Of a DNA stretch of 64,000 nt, positions 1 through 10,836 are shown in pieces. The position numbers and the translations under genes were made by a program. Under the pieces are notes generated by a model. The model was not told where the DNA came from. It searched no databases and worked only from the letters and a program-made list of their open reading frames with translations. Position 1 is the first letter of the stretch; each line of letters begins with the position of its first letter. The DNA comes from an uncultured delta proteobacterium (GTDB lineage: Bacteria > Desulfobacterota > Zymogenia > Zymogenales > Zymogenaceae): assembly GCA_963792965.1 (NCBI GenBank), contig CAWBYW010000016.1, positions 115,925 to 179,924 on the forward strand. Reading direction: 5' to 3'.

Positions 1-45
1 TAGGGGACATAGGCGTTATACTTAAAGTATGGTTGTTGTTAATAC

Positions 46-231
46 ATGAAGGAGGGTACTATGGCCAAAGTCAATGTCTCAAATAAGGTCTTCTGGTGGG
101 TTGCGCTGATCCTGCTCATTGTCGGAGGCGTCTCTTTCATTCTCGAACAGCTGGGCGCATTCGCGCTGCCGTATGAGCTAACGGGGTGGCTGCTGTTGAT
201 TTCAGCGCTCCTTTTTGCTTTCGTGGTCTGA
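46..231 (+). CDS. small hydrophobic membrane protein (hypothetical)
   Basis: 61-aa ORF with two predicted transmembrane segments. No recognizable family. The ATG is preceded by a GAAGGAGGG ribosome-binding site. Confidence 0.35.
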   Translation: MKEGTMAKVNVSNKVFWWVALILLIVGGVSFILEQLGAFALPYELTGWLLLISALLFAFVV

Positions 232-339
232 CGCCAGCGTCGCTCGCCGGCGCGTCAGCCTCACAAAGCGATTTATCAGAGTGTTTCCAAGGTGACCCTT
301 CAACGGGTCACCTTTTTATTTTCCCGGTTACCCCCCCAC

Positions 340-570
340 TCAGCGCTTTTTGACTGCCGCGACAACGAGGAGGATAATCCCTCCGGTCAGTGCGACGACT
401 CCCAGTATCGGCGGGAGGGGAAGCGTTTTGGTCTTCTCCGCGGTCACGTGCAAGGGACCGAGCTCGACGACATTCTCCTGGGTTTTATAGGTAATGCCGT
501 GATAGGCCAGCGCCACGACCCCTAACACGATCAGAATAATCGCAACGACAATCATGACTTTTGGCTTCAT
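340..570 (-). CDS. small two-TM membrane protein (hypothetical)
   Basis: 76-aa ORF with an N-terminal hydrophobic helix (MIVVAIILIVLGVVALAY) and a C-terminal helix. No family recognized. Confidence 0.35.
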   Translation of the reverse strand: MKPKVMIVVAIILIVLGVVALAYHGITYKTQENVVELGPLHVTAEKTKTLPLPPILGVVALTGGIILLVVAAVKKR

Positions 571-786
571 CCAGACCTCCCATTCCCTTGCTTCTGGTAA
601 CCGCTTTACCCGCCATGATCATCCCTGGATGGCGCGACTAACGCCGGGATAGCGGCATCCCCTGCTACGTCGACCCTTGCTTAAAGTATTATTTACGCGA
701 TACGTTACGGTCCCTTTGAACTCTGCGTCGAGCGGAGTGTAGGTTTCGGTGAGAAGGGACGGCTGCGCCGGCGCGGCCGTGACGTC

Positions 787-2193
787 TCACGTGCGGGCCG
801 TGCGAATCCTCCCGAGGACTTCCGTAAACTCCCGGATGTCCTTCATCTCATCGATTCTCATGGCGGATTCATAGATCTCCCGCCATTGGCCGTCGGAAAG
901 GAAGTTTCTCGTGCAGACGAGGAGCTTTTCCCGGATATCGATCGGGTTCTTGTAGGAGCCCTTCATCGCCTCGGTGAACTTCGAAAACGTCGCACCGTTC
1001 TTCATCACGAAGGTGACCTCGCCCGAATTGATTCCCTCCTGCATCTCCCTGACGTCAAGAGACGGATCGGCGGTGAACTCTATTTTATCGAAGAAGGCGT
1101 GGAGTCTCTTGTCCGCCATCCTCTTCTTCGTAAACTGGGCCTCCGTCAGCTCACCGTCGAGGATCGCCGCCGCCAGCGGATAGACCGAATTGAAGAAGAG
1201 CGGCACCGCGGTCAGGTAATCGGTCTTGACGATCTCGCCTATCAGATCGACCAGCTCGTCGGTAGGCTTGTTGAGGAGCAGCGTCACCGTGGGGCACCGC
1301 ACCTGGACCCGGTCGATCGCGTCGCGGTCGATCCCGTGCTCTCGGATCAGGTCAAGGGCGCTGTCCACCAGGGCGTCCAGCCACCCGCAGCAGGGATAGA
1401 GTTTGGGTGAGTGCGTGTCCGTGCGCCAGTCGGTGCCGAGGTCCTTGACCATCTCCGTCAGGTCGTACCGGTCAAAAATCGCGTTGGAGAAGCCGTCGGG
1501 GTGCTCGATGATCTTCCGAAAGCCGTGGAGCCCGCTCTTGGCCAGCGACGCACCGAGGATCCCCGCGTAGACCGGGGCCCCGGTGATGAACCCCTTGCTC
1601 GGGGAAAACCATCCGGCAAACGACTGGGTCATCGGCGGAAAACACGAGATCCCCACCGCGTCCATTATCTGTTCCTTCGTGAGACGGAAGAGTTTCCCGG
1701 CCACGAAGGCGGCATCGATCTGGTGGTTCGGGCACGAGTTGGTGAAAAGACGGCTCTTGATGTAGGCGTGGCCCGTCCTTCCGGAGATCTCGTTGCCGAC
1801 GATCAGCGCCGTCAACAGCTCACGGCCGGATGCCCCGACCGCCTCCGCCACCGCCAGGGCGCAGGGGACGGTGGACGCGCCGGAGTGCTGGGACCTGAGG
1901 TAATCCTCCCACTCGAGCGTCTGGGCGGCCACCGCGTTGGCCATCCCGGCGTGGCGCATGCTGCTCTTGGTGCCACGGCCGATGAGGGTCGATTCTTCGC
2001 GGTCTCCGAACGACTCGACGCCGGCAAAGAGCGGCGCGAGCTCATCCGTGCGGCTCCCGGCAAGGATCGCCGCGACGATGCCGATCACCTGCTCCTTGGC
2101 GCAGCCGACGGTCTTTTTCGGAATATCGGTAAACGCGAGGCCGGACGCCCATTCGCTCAGGATCTCCGTTACCGCAATGCCTTTCTGTGTCAT
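787..2193 (-). CDS. MmgE/PrpD family protein (2-methylcitrate dehydratase-like)
   Basis: Intact 468-aa ORF whose length and composition match MmgE/PrpD family proteins. Substrate cannot be assigned. Confidence 0.65.
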   Translation of the reverse strand: MTQKGIAVTEILSEWASGLAFTDIPKKTVGCAKEQVIGIVAAILAGSRTDELAPLFAGVESFGDREESTLIGRGTKSSMRHAGMANAVAAQTLEWEDYLRSQHSGASTVPCALAVAEAVGASGRELLTALIVGNEISGRTGHAYIKSRLFTNSCPNHQIDAAFVAGKLFRLTKEQIMDAVGISCFPPMTQSFAGWFSPSKGFITGAPVYAGILGASLAKSGLHGFRKIIEHPDGFSNAIFDRYDLTEMVKDLGTDWRTDTHSPKLYPCCGWLDALVDSALDLIREHGIDRDAIDRVQVRCPTVTLLLNKPTDELVDLIGEIVKTDYLTAVPLFFNSVYPLAAAILDGELTEAQFTKKRMADKRLHAFFDKIEFTADPSLDVREMQEGINSGEVTFVMKNGATFSKFTEAMKGSYKNPIDIREKLLVCTRNFLSDGQWREIYESAMRIDEMKDIREFTEVLGRIRTART

Positions 2194-2207
2194 GACAAAT
2201 CCTCCGA

Positions 2208-2606
2208 TTATCCGAGCGGAAGGAGCACCATCGCCTGCATGACCGACGAGAAGCGCTCGACCAGCGCCATATCCTTCAGGGCGACGACGTCACGGACCGG
2301 GTCAAGCTCAAAGCGGAAGACCGTGGCGTAGGTCTTCTTCCCGGTCAGGATTTTCTCCCACTGGTCGCGCGTGGTGACAAGGCGCGCGTGGCAAAACGGG
2401 TCGTCCCCATCTGTGACGGTCATCCCCTCGGGGGTGATCGTCACGGTATACGCCCGCCCCCCGGCCTCGGCGAGCACGACCTTCTTGTGGAGGAGGTCCT
2501 CCACGATGCCCATCTGCAGCATGACGGGGATGAGCATATTGAAACGGTCTTTTACCCTGCCGAGCAATTCCAAGAGTCGTTCATTGTTTTTCACCGGGTT
2601 CTTCAT
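2208..2606 (-). CDS. SCP2 sterol-carrier-like domain protein
   Basis: 132-aa ORF directly downstream of the PrpD-like gene. Weak resemblance to SCP2 lipid-carrier domains. Confidence 0.4.
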   Translation of the reverse strand: MKNPVKNNERLLELLGRVKDRFNMLIPVMLQMGIVEDLLHKKVVLAEAGGRAYTVTITPEGMTVTDGDDPFCHARLVTTRDQWEKILTGKKTYATVFRFELDPVRDVVALKDMALVERFSSVMQAMVLLPLG

Positions 2607-2666
2607 GGCCCATTCTCGCTAAAGGGATGAGATAAACGGCAACCCGCGCCCTTCCCGGGCCGAGGC

Positions 2667-3985
2667 CTATTTCAATCGTTTGACGATCTCAAAGACTTTT
2701 GCCAACGCCTCCCCCTCGTCGAACGTGAGGATCTTCCCCCAGTGATGGACGACCCGCCCCCCACGATCGTGGTCTTGACATCGAGCCCCCGCGCGGAATA
2801 GACGAGGTGGGACTCGTACGAGAAGAGCGGCGCGGCATGGGGACGCGACAGGTCGACGACGATCAGGTCCGCGGCCATGCCCGGCGCAAGGCTCCCCACC
2901 TCCGTTTCCAGCCCGAGGGCCTCGGCGCCAAGGAAGAGCGAGAGCGAGAGGACGGTTTTGGCGTCCATCTGGGCGGGGTCCTTCGAGGCAAGCTTATGCC
3001 CCTTGGCGCAGAAGTCCATCTCGTAGAAGAGGTCCTGGCGGTTGTTGGAGGCCGGCCCGTCGGTGCCGAGCCCCACAGGGATGCCGGCCGCCAACATCGC
3101 CGGCACCGGGGCAAGGCCGTTGCCGAGCTTGGCGTTGCTGCCCGGGCAGTGTACCACGGACGCGCCGTACTCGGCCAGGATATCGATCTCCTCGGGCTCG
3201 ACGTAGACGGCATGCACCGCGATAAAGGTATCGGAAAGAATACCCTCCCGCGCGAGGAGGCGCACGGGTGTCGCCCCGTATTTCTGCGTGACCGTCTTCA
3301 CCTCCGCCTCCGACTCGGCAAGGTGGGTGAAGAGCGGCACTCTGTACTCGTCGCACAGCTCCTTTACCGTGCGGTATGTCCGGGGGGAGGCGGTGTAGGG
3401 GGCGTGAACGAAGAGGGCCGGGGTCACGAGGCCGCCGCCCTTCTTTTTCGTTTCTTCGAGGAATTGCCTGAGGACCGATAGGCGCCCGCCGTCGTCCTTC
3501 CACTGGGGCTGCGGCCCATCGATGACTCCCTGGGCCGAGATCGCCCTTATCCCCGCGGCGCCGAAGGCCTCGGCGGCAGAGGAGGCAAAGAAATAGGCGT
3601 CGGCGCACGTGGTGATGCCCGAGCGCAGCATCTCGGCGGCCGACACGAGGCTCCCCCAGTAGACCATGTCGCGTCCCATGAGTTTTTCTTCGGCGGGTAT
3701 GATCCGATTAAATAGCCAGGTGTCAAACGGGAGGTCATCGGCATAGCCGCGCAGGACCGACATGGCGGCGTGGGTGTGGCCGTTGATGAGCCCCGGCATG
3801 ACGAGGTCGCCCCCGGCATCTAAGGTGCGCTCGGCCTCAAATCCGTGGCCGATCTCGAATTCGTCGCCGACCGCGACAATCACCCCGTCTTTTATGCAGA
3901 CGATGCCGCTCGGAAAGCGGCTCCCCCGCTCATCGAAGGTGAGGACCGGACCACCCTTGACGATGAGGTCGACCTTCTCGGTCAT
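2667..3985 (-). CDS. MtaD-like amidohydrolase (5'-methylthioadenosine/S-adenosylhomocysteine deaminase family), frameshifted near 2770
   Basis: N-terminal metal-binding motif LINGHTHAAMS and amidohydrolase-wide similarity. After ...VKTTIVG the frame turns to junk. The alternate frame gives RVVHHWGKILTFDEGEALAKVFEIVKRLK followed by TAG at 2667-2669. A 1-bp indel in a C-run near 2769-2779 explains the break. Confidence 0.75.
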
Positions 3986-4380
3986 ACGACCACCGACTCG
4001 TCATCGGCGCGCCAGGCCGGGTCAACGATGCAATAGAAGACGAGGTCGGAATTGCCCGTGTTCTCGGTCCACTGCAGCGCCCCGGGGGGGACGTAGACGA
4101 GGCTGCCCGCCGAGACCTCGGCCGCCTCATCATTCACGTGCATGATGCCCCGTCCCTCGGTGACGATGAAGACCTCGGAGGACGATTTCAGCCGGTGGGG
4201 CAGGTTCCGGGAGCCCTTCGGCATGCGCGCGACGGCGATCGAGTAATGCGTCGCGACGGGGTCCTTCATGGGCGACATGAGCTCCTTGATCGGCGTCGTG
4301 TCGGCGGCCGTGATGCCCGGCGTCTTATGCGGTTCAACGATTTTCATTTGTTCTACCCGATTAGAGGATTTTGGTGACAC
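3982..4380 (-). CDS. cupin domain protein
   Basis: 132 aa with cupin_2-like beta-barrel motifs (EVFIVTEGRG...LVYVPPGA). Overlaps the downstream deaminase gene by 4 bp (ATGA). Confidence 0.6.
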   Translation of the reverse strand: MSPKSSNRVEQMKIVEPHKTPGITAADTTPIKELMSPMKDPVATHYSIAVARMPKGSRNLPHRLKSSSEVFIVTEGRGIMHVNDEAAEVSAGSLVYVPPGALQWTENTGNSDLVFYCIVDPAWRADDESVVV

Positions 4381-4426
4381 TCTACTTAATTAAGACTCTA
4401 TAAATTGACGGGGTAGATCTCAATTA

Positions 4427-4453
4427 AAATTAAGCATGGTGTCCCCCTAATTC
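4427..4453. repeat. 27-bp palindromic repeat unit, copy A (aaattaagcatggtgtccccctaattc)
   Basis: Near-identical to copy C at 4945-4971 (23 of 27 positions). The ends of the unit are self-complementary (gaattaag / cttaattc). Confidence 0.6.
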
Positions 4454-4860
4454 TACTTCCTTCTCCCGCACTCAGAACAAACACCTTTATGAACACAAAT
4501 AGTCCCACCACAATCGGGACATGTCCATCTTGATTTTTCGTTTAGTAGAAATTTTGTAATACCCAATTTTTCAATATTCCCGAGATTTTCAATCATGCTC
4601 ATAGTATACTTTGTTCTATATCTTTTGTCCAAATGCTTCAATGTATCGCAGGGAAAATCATTGCATTGAAAACAAAACGTTGCCTTTCCATTCTTGAGGA
4701 CTTCGCAGATTTTGATTTTGCATGTGGTGCGGGTAATCGGCTTGCCAACATCCGAGCCTCTGCATCCACGACATTTGTTACTTTCTCTCAGATATGCTAA
4801 GCAAACACCGCAATTCATCCCACAGGGGGCGATGAGCAAAGCTGCGCCTAATGATGCCAT
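4453..4860 (-). CDS. DUF3795-like cysteine-rich protein
   Basis: 135 aa with N-terminal CGMNCGVCLAY...KCRGCRG and further CxxC motifs typical of DUF3795. Lies in an AT-rich (about 40% GC) island in a 62% GC background. Confidence 0.55.
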   Translation of the reverse strand: MASLGAALLIAPCGMNCGVCLAYLRESNKCRGCRGSDVGKPITRTTCKIKICEVLKNGKATFCFQCNDFPCDTLKHLDKRYRTKYTMSMIENLGNIEKLGITKFLLNEKSRWTCPDCGGTICVHKGVCSECGRRK

Positions 4861-4887
4861 GCTATTACTATATATTATTTCCCAAAA

Positions 4888-4971
4888 GAATTAAGGGGAC
4901 ACAATACTTAATTCACTTTTCTTTGCTTATCCTGAAGGCCCGTTGAATTAAGTATTGTGTCCCCTTAATTC
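4888..4971. repeat. pair of perfect inverted 27-bp repeats (copy B 4888-4914, copy C 4945-4971) forming a long hairpin
   Basis: gaattaaggggacacaatacttaattc and gaattaagtattgtgtccccttaattc are exact reverse complements, separated by 30 bp. Confidence 0.7.
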
Positions 4972-4973
4972 GC

Positions 4974-7162
4974 TTACCCCACCGACTTCCTCACCCTCCC
5001 CGACAGCTCCCGCGCCTTAGCCATGATGTCGGCCGCATCCGCCTTCGTTAGCTTGCCGTCGTGCACCAGCACGTCCCCGTTGACCAGCACGTCCCGCACG
5101 TCGGTGGATTTTGCGGCGTAGACGAGGTGCGAATAGGGGTTGTAGACAGGCGTCAGGTGGGGCTTATTGAAATCGACGATGATGAGGTCGGCCTTCTTGC
5201 CGACGGCGAGCGTCCCCACCAGCTCACCGAGCCCGAGGGCTCGCGCGCCGTTTTTTGTGGCGGTCTGGAGGACGGTCTTTGCCTCCATGTGCGTCGGGTC
5301 CGCATCGTAGACCTTGTGGAGCTTTGCCAGCGTATCCATCTCCCCGAAGAGGTCAAGGTCGTTGTTGCTGGCGCATCCGTCCGTGCCCAGCCCCACGACG
5401 ATCCCCCGCCCAAGGTACTTGTGCACCGGCGCCCATCCCGAGGCGAGCTTCATGTTGCTCTCGGGGTTGGTGACGACGGTAACATTCCTTTCACGCATGA
5501 TCTCCATCTCGGCATCATCCACCCAGACGGCGTGGAGCGCCGTGAATCTCTCGTTGAGGACGCCCAGGTCGTCCAGATACTCAAACGAGCTCTTGCCGTG
5601 CTTCTTCTTCACGTCCTCGATGTTTGCACGGGACTCCGCCACGTGGACGATGCAGCGCACCCCAAACCCGTCCGAAATCTCCTTTGCCCGCACGAAGAGC
5701 TCCGGCGAGCAGGTGTCCAGCGCGTGGGGCTGGATGGAGGGAACGATAAGGGGGTCGCTCTGCCACTTCTTGATGAAGTTTTCCGTATACTCGAATCCCT
5801 TCTCGATGGGCCCGTAGTTCGGGGAGGGAAAGTCATAGAGCACCTCGCCGAGCACCCCCCGCATCCCCATCTCTTTGGCGGCTCTCGCCGCCGAGTCCTC
5901 GAAGAGGTACATGTCACAAAAGGTCGTCACCCCCCCGAGCAGCATCTCCGCGCAGGCGAGCTTCGTCCCCCAGTAGACGAAGTCGTCGTCGAGGTTGGCC
6001 TTCTCGGCCGGAAAGATATAGTCGCATAGCCACCGCTCCAGCGGCAGGTCGTCGGCGATCCCCCGAAAGAGGCTCATGGCCGCATGCGTGTGCCCGTTGA
6101 CCAACCCCGGCATCACGACGCATCCCGTCGCGTCAATCTCGGTTCTTGCCGCCCAGCGACGGGCGGCATCGCTCCGTTTCCCCACGAAAGCGATCGCGTC
6201 GCCTACGACCACGACCGCGCCGTCTTCAATCGGGACCCCGTCCTCCATCGTCAGGACGATCCCGCCCGAAATAACTACGTCCGCGCCGATTCTCTCCGTC
6301 ATTCCTCTTTTGTTTCTCCTATCCGCCGGATTACCGCGGCGATCAGTCTGATGAGGTCCGGACCGGTCCTCTTCTCCCGTGGCGATGATATCGTCGATCA
6401 GGATGGGAGCCATGGCGTCGGGGAGGTTAACGTTGGCCACGAGCGAAAAGCCCAACACCCGCATCCTCACGTGCGCCGCGGTGATCACCTCCATAACCGT
6501 CGACATGCCCAGGGCGTCGGCACCGAGGCCGCGAAACATCCTGGTCTCGGCCGCCGTCTCGAGGCTCGGGCCCAAGACCCCGATATAGACCCCCCGGTTG
6601 ACGTGGATGCCCAGCCTGAGCGCCTCCTCTTCGGCGATCTCGATGAGCTCCCGATCATAGGCCTTCGTCATGTCGGGAAAGCGGGGGCCCAACGTGTCGA
6701 GATTGGGGCCGACGAGCGGGTTACGGCCCGTGAAGTTGATCTGGTCGTGGATAACCATGATCTCCCCCGGCCGAAAGAGCGGATTGAGGCCGCCGGCCGA
6801 ATTGGTGATGATGAGGGTGTTGATCCCAAGGGCGAAGAGGGCCCGGACGGCAAAGGCGATCTCGGGGGCCGTATACCCCTCGTAGAGGTGGAACCGGCCC
6901 TCCATGGCCGCCGTCTCCACCCCGGCGATCCTCCCGATATGCAAAATCCCCGCATGACCCTCCGCGGTCGAGACGGGGAAGTGGGGGATCTCCCCATACG
7001 GGATCGAAACCTCCGTCTCCATGACCGCGGAAGTACCGGAAAGTCCCGTGCCGAGGATCACGGCCACGCGCGGACGGAGGTTTGTCTTGATGAGGATGTG
7101 ATCGGCCGCCTCGTGGATCTCTTTGATCGCTTTGTCTGCATCGCGGGGGGGCTGGACTGTCA
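4974..7162 (-). CDS. PNP-family nucleoside phosphorylase (MTA/MTI phosphorylase-like) fused in frame to an MtaD-like deaminase
   Basis: Residues about 37-300 carry PNP family-1 motifs (ILGTGLSG, GHAGILHIG, GMSTVMEV). Residues about 325-765 are an amidohydrolase with VNGHTHAAMS. The likely start is the ATG at 7162 (MTVQPP...), preceded by GGAGGGAG. An internal ATG at 6301 is preceded by AGGAG. The linker between the two domains is Arg-rich and low in complexity. Confidence 0.7.
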
Positions 7163-7313
7163 TGGTATGACTCCCTCCACTGAGATAGACCGCTGGACCG
7201 GACGGACACAAACGGTCCGTCTGCGGCGCACGGGTGAGTGGCATACGGTCAGCCGGGCCGCATGAGCACACGGCCCATCGCGTCCGCGCGGCGCACCGTG
7301 CCCGAAAGTATCT

Positions 7314-10300
7314 TTACTTTGCGTTCGGCCGTATGGGCTTGGGCGGGATCGGGGTTTTCTTCTCCTCTTTTGGGATCTTTTCGTCGACCGTGGAGAGAAG
7401 CTCGGTGATCTCCGCATCGTCGGGGAGCCCGTTTTTAGCCAGCTTCAGGTACTTCTTTGCCTCGGTATAGTTCTTCATCTGAAAATAGATGAGCCCGAGC
7501 GCTTTTTCCGCCGGCGCGTTTTCGGCCTTGAGGACGAGGGATCGATTGGCCAGCTTCAGCGCCCTATCGAGCTTCTTGTTTTCTTTCGCGTACAGGAGTG
7601 CCGTGTCGGACCAGACCGAGTAGTCGCTCGGGTCAAGCGCGAGCGATTTCTCGTAATATTTGAGGGCCTCCGACACCTTTCCGTTCCTGAGGTAGTAATC
7701 GCCGATGGTACGGAAGGTGGCATAGTCGTTCGGCTTGAGCTTGACCAGCGCAAGGTAGGCCGCCTCCGCCTTTTCGGGGTCGGGTTTGGCCTCATAGGTC
7801 TCGGCAAGCCCGAGCATCGCGGGGTAGTTGTCCGGTTTTGTCGCCAGCGCCGCCGTCAACAGCTCAACCGCTTTGTCATACTGCCCCGTGCGGGAATAGC
7901 ACTGGCCCAACAGATAGTAGACATCGGTGTTGTCGGGGGCCATCTCCCGCGCCTTTTCGAGATACCCGATGGCTTCATCAAACTTCCCGGCGATCCTCAG
8001 CCCGTCGCCAAGGTCGATGTAGGGCCTCGGGTCGTCGGGGTAGCTCTTCATGAGGTTGGTGTTGAATTCACGCAGCTTATCGAGCGCAACGTCGTAATCC
8101 GGCTTTATCGAGAGACAACGCTTGAGGGAGAGCATCGCCTCTTCCGACCATCCCCGCACGGCGAAGATGACGCCGAGGTTGTAGTGGGCCTTGTAGTTTT
8201 CGGGCTGGATGCGCACGACGTTGTTGAAGGCCGAGATCGCCTCGTCATAGGAGCCGAGCTTGACGTAGTTGGTGCCGAGGACGAAATAGAGGTCGGCGTT
8301 GTCCGGCTCGATCTCAAGCGCTTTCCAGATCGTATCGACGGCGAGCTTGTATTGGCCGGTGTTGGAGTAGCACTCGGCGACGTAGAGCATTGCCTGGATG
8401 TTTTTCGGATCCCGTGAGATCACGTCCGCAAAGACCCCGAGCGCCTTCTCGTAGAGTCCCCCGTCGAAATAGGTCTGCCCGAGCAGTATCTGCGCGTCGC
8501 TATAATCCGGCTTGACTTCAAGCGCCTTTCCGAGGGCCTTGGCCGCTTCGTCGTAGTTGGCCAGTTGGTGATAGGCAAGCCCGAGCATGAACAGGCCGTC
8601 GACGTATTCCGGGGAGTAGGAGACCGCCTTCTTGAAATATTCGAGGGCTTCCGGCGTCTTGCCGCCTTCCATCTTCAGAATACCGATCTGATAGTAGGCC
8701 AGGTAGTTATCCGGGGACTGCTCGATCGATTTTTCGTAGTTCAGGGTGGCATTGTCGGTATCTCCGAGCTTCCAGTAGACCTGGCCGAGGCTGTAATAGA
8801 CCAAAAACTGGTTGGGATCGAGCTTGAGCGACTCCTCGTAGGCCGCAATCGACTTGTCGTATTCTTCCCGGTAGTAGTAGACCTTACCGACCCCCTTGTA
8901 GGAGCGGGGGTTGGCCGGATCGATGTCTTGCGCGCGCTCGTAGTAGTCCATGGCCTTGTCGAGCTCACGGTTATCGAGGTAGGTCTCGGCCATGAGGATC
9001 AGCGCATCAAAAAAGCGGGGGTCGATCTTGACTGCCATATCCAAGAGCGCCATGCCGTTGGTCTTTTCTCCCTTTGCGATATAGATATCCGCAAGCGAGT
9101 AGAGGGCCGTCGTGTTCTTCGGGTCGATCTCGACGACCTTCCGGAAGGTCTCGATGGCCGTGTCCTTCTGGCCCAGAAAGGCATAGAGATTGCCGAGGGC
9201 GAGGTAGGCGTCGACATACTTCGGATCCGTGTCGATGGCCTTCTTAAGTATGCGACGATGGCCGATTTCACGTCGCCGGCCTCGACATAGATCCTGGCCC
9301 TGTTATAGTATCCGGGCGCGTATCCCGGTTGTATCTTTATGGCCTTATCGATCGCGGCGATCGCCTTTTTCTTCTCCCCCATGGCAAGGTAGACACGCGA
9401 GAGCTCCACGTAGGCCTCGTAGTAGTCGGGCTTGAGCTTGATGGCCCGCTCCAGCGTGGCGACGGCATCACCGAACCTGCCGAAGGACGCATACGACCTG
9501 CCGATGGCAAGGTACGCCGGGTAGAAATCGGGCTTTATCTTCAACACGCCCTCATAGACCGATATCGCCCGGTCGATATCGCCGATGGCCAGCGCCACTC
9601 TCCCGATGTGGTCGTATCCGTCCACGAAATCGGGCCTGAGCTCCACGGCCTTCAGGTATGCCGCCAGGGCGTCCCGTGATTTCCCCTGGGCCTCCAGCAC
9701 CGCCCCGAGCTCGTCGTATGCCAGGTAGTGGTGGAATCCAGGGCGACGGCCTCGTTGAGGAACTGCTCGGCCATGACGTATTCGCCCTTCTTGAAGTAGG
9801 CGACGCCGAGGCCGTAGTCTATATCGGCATCCTTCGCGTCAAGGGCGAGTGCTCGGGAGAAGACCCCGATGGCGTTATCGGTGTCGCCCGTCAAAAGGTA
9901 GATCGTCCCGAGCTCGGAGAGGACCTTCGGGTTGTCCCCGGCAAGGGCCAGCGCCCGGGTAAGGACTGTCACCGCCTCGGCGTATTCCTTCTGAGCGGAG
10001 AAGACTTCGCCCTTGAGGATATAGATGGAAGGATCGGCGGGGCGCAGCTTCTCGGCCCTCGCGAGAAAGGAGAGCGCACCCTCAAGGTTCCCCGAGGCCA
10101 CCGCGTTTCTTGCCGAGAGGATGAGCGCGTCGAAGTGGTTGGGATCGATGGTCAACAGCGCGTCGAGCGCCGTTTTGGCCCCGGCGAAGTCTCCGAGGTC
10201 ATACGACAGCTTCGCCATGAGGAGGAGCCCCTCCGGGGAATCCTTCGCCGTCTCGGCCGCCTTCTTATACGCGGCGAGGGCTTCTTTCGTCAGGCCCTCG

Positions 10301-10836
10301 GACGCCAGGAGTTTTCCTATCTTGATATATGCCTCGGTATAGTCAGGCTTGATGTCGACGGCCCGATTGTAGGCCTCAAGCGCCCCGTCGCGGTCGCCCG
10401 CGCCCGCCAGCGCATCGCCAAGGTAGTTGTAGGCAATGAACGAATCGCCGACGATATCGACGGCCTTTTTCAGCGGGTCCGTGGCCTCATCAAACCGTTT
10501 GTCCTCGAGGTAGGTCTTGCCGAGGTTGAAAAAAGCCTCGAAGAACTTCGGGTCAATGGTGACGGCCTCCCGGAAGGCCCGGGTAGCATTCTCGTGATCT
10601 CCCATCGCGAGGTAGACGAGTCCGATCTTATTCTCCGGGCGGGGATCACCGGGGGTGAGGCGGTAGGCGGTTTCAAATTCCTTGAGGGCTTCCTGATACT
10701 CGGCGTTGTTCAGGTAAAAATCGCCCTGGCTCATGGCCGAGAGGAACTCGGTATCGTCGGTCTGGCCCACGAGAGGAGGGACTAGGGAAAGAAGAAGCAT
10801 CACACACAAGGCGCACATCCAAACGGTTCGTTTCAT
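7314..10836 (-). pseudogene. giant periplasmic TPR-repeat protein (about 1170 aa), split by two frameshifts (near 9250 and 9740)
   Basis: Three consecutive ORFs (9652-10881, 8999-9700, 7314-9053) are all TPR repeats. The junk tail of each is continued by real TPR sequence in the next frame (...SAIVAY / LKKAIDTDPKY and ...EAVALDS / HHYLAYDELG). Signal peptide MKRTVWMCALCVMLLLSLV. The start ATG at 10836 overlaps the stop of the upstream gene (ATGA). Confidence 0.7.

Noticed and set aside
4427-4971. CRISPR array, suggested by a repeated 27-bp unit
   Set aside because: There are only three copies. Two are in inverted orientation 30 bp apart and the third is 460 bp away with several mismatches. 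There are no regular spacers and no cas genes.
5061-7265. Long plus-strand ORFs 5061-6029 and 6084-7265 (322 and 393 aa) antisense to the PNP-deaminase gene
   Set aside because: They are Arg/Gly/Pro/His-rich low-complexity translations with no homology. This is a typical antisense-ORF artefact of GC-rich coding DNA. The same applies to 12912-13553 +, 29664-30590 +, 31532-32353 -, 35914-37017 +, 38794-39858 +, 40432-41451 +, 46836-47585 +, 49473-50660 + and 63172-63639 -.
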